From NCBI GenBank assembly GCA_963727775.1, contig CAVSHB010000001.1:1056001-1120000 (forward strand): a DNA stretch of 64,000 nucleotides, given 5' to 3'. Shown piece after piece: positions 9,307 to 18,041 of this stretch (positions are counted from its first letter, which is position 1; the number at the start of each line of letters is the position of its first letter). Position numbers and translations under genes: made by a program. The notes under the pieces are model-generated. The model saw only the letters and a list, made by a program, of their open reading frames with translations, made no database searches and was not told the DNA's origin. This DNA is from an uncultured Nitrospiraceae bacterium. Its GTDB lineage: Bacteria; Nitrospirota; Thermodesulfovibrionia; Thermodesulfovibrionales; SM23-35.

Positions 9307-11346
9307 TTAATTGTTTCGCTTATAAATATTCAGCAGCTTTTCGAGCAGTTGTTTCTTGTCATATAGTGGAGAAACTTCCGGCCTCTCTTTTTCAGGCAAT
9401 TCTCTCATTCCCCGTCCGGCCACATCTTTGAACTCCAATTTAGTTAGCACATTCGGTACGTCTACAAACCTGGACATCTTATTAAACTGCGTGATGCCGC
9501 CCCTGAGGCCTTCATGATGCAAGGTGAGAAAACATCTCTTCTTCGCCCTGGTAAGCGCCACATAAAACAACCTCTGCTCCTCTTCAATCTCATCTTCGCT
9601 GTCCAAAGCAAATGTTATCGGCAGTACTCCATCCATAAGACCCATGATTACGACTGTATCCCACTCCAGGCCCTTTGCCGAATGTATTGTCGAGAGCACA
9701 AGCGGTTTTTCCTCTTCCTTAGTCTCCGGCTCTATCCCCCAAACCCCTCTTTCGGGAGGCTCGATGGCAAAGGCTTCAAGGAGGTCTTCCAGCGAGTCGT
9801 ATCTCATCGTTATCTGCCTTAAAGCTTCAAGGTCGTTCTGTCTCATGTGCCAGTCATCATATCTTTCTTTCATGAGAGGGATATAATAATCAAGGATTAC
9901 CTCGTATGTTTCTCCTACATTTATTTGTTGTCCATAAACTGCTTTAACCGCTTTTTCGAGCTTGCCGAGTCCCTCTGAGTAAGGATGCCCCTTTGCATAC
10001 TTGGAGAACACTTTATCCAGGATCTCGTCAAAAGAGGAACATCTGGTGGCTTCATCGGTAATAGCCCCGGCTGTTTTAGGTCCGATCCTTTCTATCAGCA
10101 TTAAGACCCTGTTCCAAGCAAGTTCGTCTTTGGGGTTTATAAGCAATTTCAGATGGGAGAGGATATCCTTAACATGGGCTGTCTCATAGAATTTAAGACC
10201 GCCATAGGTCTCATAGGGTATATTCCTTTTGCCCAATTCGGACTGGAGTGGAATCGACAGATACGAGGACCTGAATAAGACACACTGGTGTCCCAATGAT
10301 ATGCCCTGGTCCAACTGCTGTTTAATTAAATCCGCGACCCACTCGGCTTCTTCATAAGCATCCTTAAAGAAAAGCAGCCGGCTCTTCTGTCCGGTATGCT
10401 TTTTAGCTGCGACGAGGCATTTGGAATATTTGTTTTTCATGTTTTCCATTACCGCATTGGCAACATCCAGGATGGATTGGGAACTTCGATAGTTTTGCTC
10501 AAGCGTGACAACTCTGCACTCCGGGAAACGTTTGGGGAATTCCATGATATTTTCATGCGACGCTCCCCTGAACCCGTAAATGCTCTGGGCGTCGTCTCCG
10601 ACAACCATGATGTTCCTGTGTTTATCCGCCAGAAGGTAAGCAATATCTCCCTGTATGATATTGGTGTCCTGATATTCGTCGACCATGACATATCTATACC
10701 TCTGAGAAAGCTTTTCCCTTATCTCTTCGTTTTCAAGCAGGATCCTTAAATAAACGAGCAGGTCATCGTAATCGAGGTAGTTCTTGTCTAACTTGTACGC
10801 AGCGTATTCTTCCCTCAGGTTGTCCATCTCGGATAGATACTCTACAAAGTGAGGGTACTCTCTCTTTATGACCTCTCCGATGGACTTATTCTTATTTATG
10901 GACATGCTGATGATGGCCCGCAGGGTATCTTTCTTGGGGAATCTCTTTTTCTTTTCATAAAATCCCAGTTTTGAAGCGCACCTATGTATTGCCTCTTCTG
11001 CATCGCTTTCATCCAGGACAACAAACCCGTCAGGGAAACCAAGGGATTTTGAATATATCTTCAGCATTTTATAGGCGAAGGAATGGAAGGTCCCGCCTTC
11101 TACATTCTTGCATTGCGGGTCGTGCTTGGAGGCCCGAGAAAGCATTTCATGGGCTGCTTTTCGGGTGAAGGTCAGAAGCAGGATGGAGTTGGGACTGACC
11201 TTATTCTGTATGAGATTCAATACCCGGTATTCGATGACCCTTGTCTTGCCTGAGCCTGCGCCGGCGATTACAAGAACAGGCCCATCCATTGCTGTCACAG
11301 CGGACAACTGAGCGGGATTCAATGTATTTTTTAAGTCATCACTCAT
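9307..11346 (-). CDS. UvrD/PcrA/Rep SF1 DNA helicase
   Basis: AGAGSGKT, VDEYQDT, GDDAQSIYGFRGA, STIHSAKGLEW, RLFYVALTRA. Confidence 0.95.
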   Translation of the reverse strand: MSDDLKNTLNPAQLSAVTAMDGPVLVIAGAGSGKTRVIEYRVLNLIQNKVSPNSILLLTFTRKAAHEMLSRASKHDPQCKNVEGGTFHSFAYKMLKIYSKSLGFPDGFVVLDESDAEEAIHRCASKLGFYEKKKRFPKKDTLRAIISMSINKNKSIGEVIKREYPHFVEYLSEMDNLREEYAAYKLDKNYLDYDDLLVYLRILLENEEIREKLSQRYRYVMVDEYQDTNIIQGDIAYLLADKHRNIMVVGDDAQSIYGFRGASHENIMEFPKRFPECRVVTLEQNYRSSQSILDVANAVMENMKNKYSKCLVAAKKHTGQKSRLLFFKDAYEEAEWVADLIKQQLDQGISLGHQCVLFRSSYLSIPLQSELGKRNIPYETYGGLKFYETAHVKDILSHLKLLINPKDELAWNRVLMLIERIGPKTAGAITDEATRCSSFDEILDKVFSKYAKGHPYSEGLGKLEKAVKAVYGQQINVGETYEVILDYYIPLMKERYDDWHMRQNDLEALRQITMRYDSLEDLLEAFAIEPPERGVWGIEPETKEEEKPLVLSTIHSAKGLEWDTVVIMGLMDGVLPITFALDSEDEIEEEQRLFYVALTRAKKRCFLTLHHEGLRGGITQFNKMSRFVDVPNVLTKLEFKDVAGRGMRELPEKERPEVSPLYDKKQLLEKLLNIYKRNN

Positions 11347-11395
11347 ATTTTTAATCTTAAAATAATCCTTTATATTTTTTCTTCATGACCCAACC

Positions 11396-12709
11396 TCATA
11401 CTCTCATGTTCAGCATGGGCAACCCCAGCCTCTGTCTTTTGTTTTCACCTTTGAATAGGGTTGTCGTCCTATTAGGTACATCGCCTCTTTCTCCCTCGTG
11501 TTGGGCCTGGAGTTTTGTAGGCAGGCTTGCCGCATGATGGACTGTGTATTTCCCGAATTTCGCTGAGAGTTCATCGACTGCATTGTAAATCTTGGCCATC
11601 TTATCGACTTTGGCAGTGTCATCAAAGAGGGTATACTGTAACCCTGTCTCCGGAACCAATCCGGCCAGTACAACCCCGGTCTGCCGATAAAAGCTATGAA
11701 TCTCATAGACACGTCCAAAGCCTTCTCTTAATGGACCAAAAAGCTCTGAAGGATAGGCAGTCGCACGGTTTAATTTCAGCTCAATGCCGGTGTCTTTGAA
11801 TTCCTTAGTTCTCAGAAAGACTATGAGTCTGTTTGCCGCAAGCCTATATCTTCTTGCCTTTATGCATGCATTCTCCAGGTTCTTGGACAGCTGAGCAAAG
11901 ACGAACGATTCATTATTTGAGGGAGGAGTAAAGGTCTTTGTCTTGCTTATGGATTGATAGCTATTCTTTGATTCGGTTGTAACAGGATAGACAGACCTTC
12001 CGTTCAACTCATGCCAGATCTCCTTATAAGGTTTGGAGAGTTGGTTCTTTATGAAATATTCATCCTTCTTTGCAAACTGAAGTGCTGTGATAATCCCGAA
12101 CTTTCTCAGGAATGCCGCAGTGTTCGGCCCGATGCCCCATACTTTTTCCACCGGCAGGTTTTTCAGGTAAATATGGATGTCCCTTCCCGGTATGATGGTC
12201 AGCCCATGAGGTTTGTTGTGCTTTGAGCCTATTTTTGCAAGGACCTTGGAAATACTCAACCCGACTGATACGGTAAGCCCTAATTCTGTCTCAACAGTCT
12301 CCTGCATCTTTTCAGCGATCATTCCGTAAGGACCATGGTAATTTCTTCTCAGGCCGGTGAGGTCAACAAATGCCTCATCAATCGAGTATTCTTCCACATC
12401 AGGCGAGAAACGCCTGAGTATTTCAAACATCCTTAGAGAAAAAAGACTATAGGTCTCATAATCCGATGGAAGGATGACGGCATCAGGGCAGACCTGTTTT
12501 ACTTCAAAGAGTCTCATGCCTCTTTTTACTCCTCTGGCCTTTGCCTGATAACTGGCAGCTGCGACGATCCCGCGTTCCTTGCCCGTGATGACAGGTTTCC
12601 CTTTAAGCTCTGGGTGAATGGCCTGTTCACAGGATGCAAAAAAGGCGTCGGCATCTATATGTAGGATTGCCCTTGGCCAGGAACGAATGGTTAATGGTTG
12701 ATTGTCCAT
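11396..12709 (-). CDS. Y-family DNA polymerase (DinB/UmuC-like)
   Basis: HIDADAFFAS, YSIDEAF, VWGIG; clamp-binding-like QYTLF; C-terminal extension. Confidence 0.93.
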   Translation of the reverse strand: MDNQPLTIRSWPRAILHIDADAFFASCEQAIHPELKGKPVITGKERGIVAAASYQAKARGVKRGMRLFEVKQVCPDAVILPSDYETYSLFSLRMFEILRRFSPDVEEYSIDEAFVDLTGLRRNYHGPYGMIAEKMQETVETELGLTVSVGLSISKVLAKIGSKHNKPHGLTIIPGRDIHIYLKNLPVEKVWGIGPNTAAFLRKFGIITALQFAKKDEYFIKNQLSKPYKEIWHELNGRSVYPVTTESKNSYQSISKTKTFTPPSNNESFVFAQLSKNLENACIKARRYRLAANRLIVFLRTKEFKDTGIELKLNRATAYPSELFGPLREGFGRVYEIHSFYRQTGVVLAGLVPETGLQYTLFDDTAKVDKMAKIYNAVDELSAKFGKYTVHHAASLPTKLQAQHEGERGDVPNRTTTLFKGENKRQRLGLPMLNMRV

Positions 12710-12729
12710 AATGCTTTATTAAAAGGATG

Positions 12730-13323
12730 TTACTTATATTTTCTTACTACTGCGGTTACCACGCCTGCGATCTTGAGCTCTTTTTTAGGTCTGATAGGCT
12801 GGTACTTGGGGTTAGCAGGCAATAGCGCCACATTTTCACCCCGTTTCCTTAGGTACTTCATAGTCCAGTCCCCATCAACTTCGGCAATTACGATATCCCC
12901 ATTCTTTGGGACCTGCCCCTTATCAACAAGCACCATGTCACCGGGCAATATGCCTGCGCCTGACATCGAATCCCCCGATACTTTAAGCAGGAAGGTTGCT
13001 TCACGGTTTTGAATGAGGAGATCGTCAAGGGACAGGTTGTCGGCAAGTTCCTCCTCGGCAGGGCTCGGGAACCCCGCTTCCACTGTGCCGAGCATTTTTA
13101 CCGGGGCTGCGATCGATCCCGGGATAAGCCTGCCTTTAGGGTCTCTTTGAAGCACTCTCATCTTCTCAAGCCGGTTGATGAGCTTATAAGCCGCATTCTT
13201 TGACCTGAATCCGGCAAGTTGAGCGATCTCTGAAAAGCTCGGCATTCTGCCTTTCTGGTAATAGAACCTGGCTATTGCCCGGATTCTGTTTTTCAGCTTA
13301 TCATCTTTGAGCTCATTCTCCAT
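12730..13323 (-). CDS. LexA-like wHTH repressor with UmuD-type S24 peptidase domain
   Basis: MPSFSEIAQLAGFRSKNA wHTH; AGFPSPA cleavage site; GDSM Ser and TMKY Lys; ATG 13323 preferred because the TTG at 13359 is the -35 box. Confidence 0.9.
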   Translation of the reverse strand: MENELKDDKLKNRIRAIARFYYQKGRMPSFSEIAQLAGFRSKNAAYKLINRLEKMRVLQRDPKGRLIPGSIAAPVKMLGTVEAGFPSPAEEELADNLSLDDLLIQNREATFLLKVSGDSMSGAGILPGDMVLVDKGQVPKNGDIVIAEVDGDWTMKYLRKRGENVALLPANPKYQPIRPKKELKIAGVVTAVVRKYK

Positions 13324-13329
13324 TTTTTC

Positions 13330-13359
13330 AGTATATAGTGTACGTTCGTTCACTGTCAA
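13330..13359 (-). promoter_or_regulatory. lexA promoter with palindromic operator in the spacer
   Basis: TTGACA-N18-TATACT; AGTGAACGAACGTACACT imperfect palindrome (GAAC-N4-GTAC) at 13337-13354. Confidence 0.75.
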
Positions 13360-13423
13360 GATGGGGTGAGATTTCTGAATGAACTATAAAGATCACAGCT
13401 TTATTTTATGATAGAGTAATCAT

Positions 13424-14086
13424 ATGTGCGGGCGTTTTGTAAGATGCAGCTCTATCGAGGAGATCGCTGACTATTTTGACATAGAGCAACCCTCGTTTGA
13501 GTTTGAGCCAAGCTACAACGTTGCGCCTACACAAGACATCGTTATCATCAATAACCGGGGGGTCAAGCAGTTGGTGAAATGTCATTGGGGCTTTGTTCCG
13601 CCCTGGTCCAAGGACCTTTCTGTAGGCTATAAGATGATTAATGCCCGATCAGAGACTGTGGCTGATAAGCCAAGCTTCAAGTCTGCTTTCAGAAAGCAGA
13701 GGTGTCTTGTGATTGCAAACGGTTTTTATGAATGGAAGAAGGATAAAAAGACAAAGGTTCCGGTCTATGTGAGCCTGAGGTCCGGCAAGCCTGTTGGTTT
13801 TGCCGGGTTATATAATGTTTGGATTTCTCCGGATGGCGAGAAGATATGCACCTGTACAATACTGACAACGGAAGCCAATGATATTTTATCTTCTATCCAT
13901 GACAGGATGCCGTTAATAATATCCCGGGATAAGGAAGACATTTGGCTAAACCCCGAGCTGGATGATGTTGAGCTTCTGAAAGGTTTTCTAAGGCCCTATC
14001 CATCAGAGGAGATGGTGGTAACCAAGGTCTCTGATAGGGTAAACTCTCCGAGGTATAACTCTCCTGATAATATAAGGCCAATATAG
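13424..14086 (+). CDS. SOS response-associated peptidase (SRAP/YedK/HMCES)
   Basis: N-terminal MCGRF, YNVAPT, INARSET, GFYEW, IHDRMP. Confidence 0.95.
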   Translation: MCGRFVRCSSIEEIADYFDIEQPSFEFEPSYNVAPTQDIVIINNRGVKQLVKCHWGFVPPWSKDLSVGYKMINARSETVADKPSFKSAFRKQRCLVIANGFYEWKKDKKTKVPVYVSLRSGKPVGFAGLYNVWISPDGEKICTCTILTTEANDILSSIHDRMPLIISRDKEDIWLNPELDDVELLKGFLRPYPSEEMVVTKVSDRVNSPRYNSPDNIRPI

Positions 14087-14306
14087 GGATCATTACCTGG
14101 TCGAGATAGATTTCATCCAGTACCACGCATTTTTTCTTTTGATAAAAAAAGAAGAAGTAATAGGGGAATGAAATCTCGACTTCACCTACTACTAAACGGA
14201 ATTGGAGAAAATCCAAATGTGAAGATTTACAGGAGAAGTCTGCTCTAATGTCACTAACGAATTCAATGAGGCGCAGGGGCAATAAGGCTGAAATGAAAAC
14301 CAGAAG

Positions 14307-15164
14307 CTATACTACCGTTTCTCTTCTTCCAAATGTCATTTCTACAATGTGATATACAATAATTGGGAACAAAAAAAGAAATATGGCATACTCAAATTGG
14401 ATAGACCATGGGCTGACAAGTCTTCTCTGATATATATAAAATATTTCTGTGTAGGCAAGGATATTGAGAATAAAATGCAGCAAAACACATAGCGACAAGG
14501 ATTTTGTCTTGTAGAAGAAGTAACCTAAGAAGAGTCCTACTGCAAGGCGGTTCAAACTAAAGTCCCAATGCATCAATGTCCAAATCATTGCAGGAATCAA
14601 GATAGCTGTCAACTTATTGGTTCTCTCTCTCAATGAATTTATTGCAAAGTATCTAAAGACTATTTCTTCACTGGTGATCGCTATAGGAGACATGATCAAC
14701 AGCAGCAAAATTGAACTTAGCGGTGCACGAATAACAGAATTCAGAATAATCTGGTTCTCGCTACTCCCTAAAATCTGTATTGGCACTGTATGAACTGCTC
14801 TAAGCGTGCCCGCAGATATAAACAGGAAGAAAAGAAGTAGCATGAAGTAAAGAAATGACGTTTTCTTAATTTTAGGGAAGAATGCAAGGGAATGAATTAC
14901 AACGCGATATTGGACAGAACGCGACAAAATTAGAAAAGGAGCTATCGCCATCAAGAGTAGGAAAAAAAGGTAAAAGGATAAAGTATTTAGCTCAAAGGAT
15001 AATGCTTCATTACCAAAAAAGAATACAGCATAGATTACAAGCATGATGAATGTAATCTTGCTTAGGTCAGTCAACTTAAATCCAGTGCCACCAGGCGCAG
15101 GCAGAAGCCTATCGGCAATCAAGGTTAGAAGAACACCCGCTAAGATGAGAAGCAAACTCTGCAA
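14307..15164 (-). CDS. CPBP (CAAX/Abi) intramembrane metalloprotease family
   Basis: EEIVFR, WTLMH, LHFILN motifs in a multi-TM protein. Confidence 0.85.
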   Translation of the reverse strand: MQSLLLILAGVLLTLIADRLLPAPGGTGFKLTDLSKITFIMLVIYAVFFFGNEALSFELNTLSFYLFFLLLMAIAPFLILSRSVQYRVVIHSLAFFPKIKKTSFLYFMLLLFFLFISAGTLRAVHTVPIQILGSSENQIILNSVIRAPLSSILLLLIMSPIAITSEEIVFRYFAINSLRERTNKLTAILIPAMIWTLMHWDFSLNRLAVGLFLGYFFYKTKSLSLCVLLHFILNILAYTEIFYIYQRRLVSPWSIQFEYAIFLFLFPIIVYHIVEMTFGRRETVV

Positions 15165-15381
15165 GATATTTCTTCGCCTTACTCTTTCTTTAGCGTCATC
15201 AATCCCATCATCACCGTCAACCGCTTAAACAAAACTTATTCTCTTCAGCTAACCTACGCATAATCATATCGTCTCGAAAGTGACGTAATATTTACGAGAA
15301 AATTACCAGTTGTACTCGACACGATTATATCACAGCTGGTATGTGTGATGTTCAGGAAGAAAAAGTTAGGCTGGGAATCTT

Positions 15382-15768
15382 CTATTTTGTTCTATGTGCA
15401 TGTCTTTTCGCTTCCTCAACTAACCAATCCTTTGCTTCTTCAATATCATCAAATGCTAAAAGGTTTCTTCCGGAAAAATGCATAACACTATTGTAAATGA
15501 TCTTTTTTAATGCATCTAATCCAACTACAGCACCTGCTTTTACAAAGGGCTTGTTGCCTTTTACAAATTCCTTTAATGCCTGAGTTACTTCAAGGTTATA
15601 TTTTGCACCTGTCACATCAGACAAAGTAAGGACTGAGTTAGGAGGTTCCGCTCTTATAAGTTTTTCTGCTTCCTTAATTGTGATATGAAAGTCTTCAACA
15701 TTACAGCCCGAAAAATCTAAGAATAGAATTTGTCTTCCGTTGTGGTAGATGTATTTCACCCTTTTCAT
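15382..15768 (-). CDS. Small STAS/SEC14 (SpoIIAA-like) domain protein
   Basis: LTLSDVTG...AVVG...FDDIEEAKDWL pattern. Confidence 0.65.
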   Translation of the reverse strand: MKRVKYIYHNGRQILFLDFSGCNVEDFHITIKEAEKLIRAEPPNSVLTLSDVTGAKYNLEVTQALKEFVKGNKPFVKAGAVVGLDALKKIIYNSVMHFSGRNLLAFDDIEEAKDWLVEEAKRHAHRTK

Positions 15769-15816
15769 TTACAGTTTTATTACTTTCTACGATCTAAAAA
15801 TGTCAGAAAATCGCCA

Positions 15817-16407
15817 TTACTTAAACCAATGCAATTCATAAACTATCTCCCAAAGATCGTCGGATGCTTTATCAGTGCCCTTCTTTTTCATATTCAAATT
15901 CCTTCCTCCTGCCATTTCCACCGCCTTTTTTGAATATCCGAGGCATGCCGGCTCCAGCCAATCAAGGAAAATTTCAGGAAGTGTAAACTTCAGTATTGCA
16001 TGACCACTTTCTGACACTGGAACTTCTACCTTTCCGGTATTAAAGAATCTGCTCCAGAGTTTCGGATAGTTCTTTATTACAAATGATGGGTTCGCAAAAC
16101 TAAAGAATATTTTATATAAGCTATTAAGGCTATGATCGGCTATGTATTCATAAATACTGGCAAGCTCGGATTCATGGTCCAGCTTTAATTCTGAAGATAG
16201 GATCGATGTGAGTTCCTTAAATGACGAAAAGGGATATTCGCCTATGGGCAAAAGAGAGCCACCCCAAATTTTGCGGCTATCGTTTGATAATGACTGTAAC
16301 ATCCCTTCCCATCTTTCATTCCCGTATTTGTTCACAATAAACTGTTTCGTATAAATGAAGTTTACACCTCTTGCCAATGCCTGTTCCATATCATATACCT
16401 CTTTCAT
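15817..16407 (-). CDS. DUF2378/TIGR02265-like (HNOB/V4R-related) protein
   Basis: ARGVNF...YP...LWSRFFNTG...GY..KAVEMAGG pattern. Confidence 0.55.
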   Translation of the reverse strand: MKEVYDMEQALARGVNFIYTKQFIVNKYGNERWEGMLQSLSNDSRKIWGGSLLPIGEYPFSSFKELTSILSSELKLDHESELASIYEYIADHSLNSLYKIFFSFANPSFVIKNYPKLWSRFFNTGKVEVPVSESGHAILKFTLPEIFLDWLEPACLGYSKKAVEMAGGRNLNMKKKGTDKASDDLWEIVYELHWFK

Positions 16408-16679
16408 ACTACCTTTGTCCTAATAAACGTATCGCCAATTTTATTTCATCATTAATGAAGTCGTCAATCCTACTTGAGTAGGAGATGATTATTATCGATT
16501 ACTATTTGTACTGTGCATTCTTTCTGGAGAGATTAGGAATGAGTGCTTCAGGAAGGAAGCTTGCGCATGGCTTAATATTATTTCGCATTGCGACTTTCGC
16601 CCCTAAAAAACAGGGTATTTTTGCGATGTGCAGCTACAAGAATCATATCTGTATAAGTGATCAGGAATGGCTTTGCCAC

Positions 16680-17372
16680 TCATTGTTCCTGTGTGATCTC
16701 TCCCAACAAGAAATTATATCTTATCATCGTAGCTTTGGTTTCGATCTTATTCCTTCTAAGACTAACATTGCTCAGAAAATCAGCGTAAATCGGAAAATGA
16801 TCTAAAACTACTTTTTGACTTATAATTGTCGTCAATACCGCTCTTTTGACCGCTGCCATAAAGACGTTGCCCAGCATCTCGATATTTGTTATCCTGTTTT
16901 GTTTTTCAGTAAAATGCACAAACAAATTGTCTGCGTGAAACCCTGTGAAACTATCAAGTTCAAGATCAACACCACCTTCGAAAGCTATCATATCTTTTTC
17001 TGTTCTTATTGTTCGGGCCGCCACTTTGTAAGGAAACTGCTGAAATACTGCACCAAGGATGTGATCAGTTTCCGCAACTGGCTGATTTAAATTGTTGTCG
17101 GAAGCAACTGACAACGTATGGCAACCGAGCACAGAGAAGAAAAAGACTGAGATTAAAACAGTCAGAAATGGCCAGTGAATTGTAGGTAATAGGCGAAGTC
17201 CATCGACTATTTGATTGCGCGGAGAAAATGTGACTAACAGCAAGAATCCAACTGCGACAACTACCGTCCAAAACCCTCTAACATCGAGCCAATAGGATGA
17301 GAAGAAAAAACAAGTGACAATTACAACTACCGCTGTCAGAAAGAGCTTTGGCACAACCCGTCTTATGCTCAT
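16680..17372 (-). CDS. Membrane-anchored hypothetical protein, LptA/OstA-like C-terminus
   Basis: Three N-terminal TM segments; beta-rich FEGGV/GNV/NVSL...IRYNF repeats. Confidence 0.45.
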   Translation of the reverse strand: MSIRRVVPKLFLTAVVVIVTCFFFSSYWLDVRGFWTVVVAVGFLLLVTFSPRNQIVDGLRLLPTIHWPFLTVLISVFFFSVLGCHTLSVASDNNLNQPVAETDHILGAVFQQFPYKVAARTIRTEKDMIAFEGGVDLELDSFTGFHADNLFVHFTEKQNRITNIEMLGNVFMAAVKRAVLTTIISQKVVLDHFPIYADFLSNVSLRRNKIETKATMIRYNFLLGEITQEQ

Positions 17373-17777
17373 GTTACACTGAGAATATTTTCATTAATAA
17401 TTTCCGCTTGTACTACACACAATTATATCAGGTTTCAAAAGTGTTAAGTACAGGAAGTATTCGAAGAAATATTTATAGACTTCCCGAATATCTTTTTGGA
17501 TTATAGTTCGGGATAAAATACGTATTCAAAAGAACCCAGTGAGCGTCGCATCCTTTCTTCATCTAATGCGCAAATCTGAGAATTTCTGTTTTGTGCGGAG
17601 TACGCTTGTAAATGTTGGAATTGAAGCGTCTTGAAGGTCCGGAATTATTAACAGAAAGACGCCATAATGATTTCTATTGATGGTATAGCCTCGCCCGCTT
17701 AATCAAGCAAATAATATTGTGGTATACTTTTGACATATGAAAGCGCTGCCGAATAATACTTGTTATGTTACCAACGA

Positions 17778-18041
17778 ATGAAAACATTCTTTGCGGCCGC
17801 TACCGAAAAAGGTACTGTGGCTGCGTCAGTCAAGGTTGCTTTGTTCGTCGGATCAATCCTTGCACTGATCAACTATGGCGACCACATCTTTCTGCATTAC
17901 GATATGCGCGTCCTTGACTGGATCAAGCTCGCCGTTACTTACTGTGTTCCGTATTGCGTGGCCACGTATGGCGCGGCCAGGTACGCTATGAGTCATGCCA
18001 ACGACAAGGGCGTCAAAACAAGTGGTAATTGTCAATCATGA
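17778..18041 (+). CDS. nrtS: NrtS-family small membrane protein
   Basis: KVALFVGSILALINYGD...WIKLAVTYCVPYCVATYGA. Confidence 0.75.
   Translation: MKTFFAAATEKGTVAASVKVALFVGSILALINYGDHIFLHYDMRVLDWIKLAVTYCVPYCVATYGAARYAMSHANDKGVKTSGNCQS

Noticed and set aside
13324..13359. ORF-track N-terminal extension of LexA (TTG start)
   Set aside because: It coincides with the -35 box, operator and -10 box of its own promoter.
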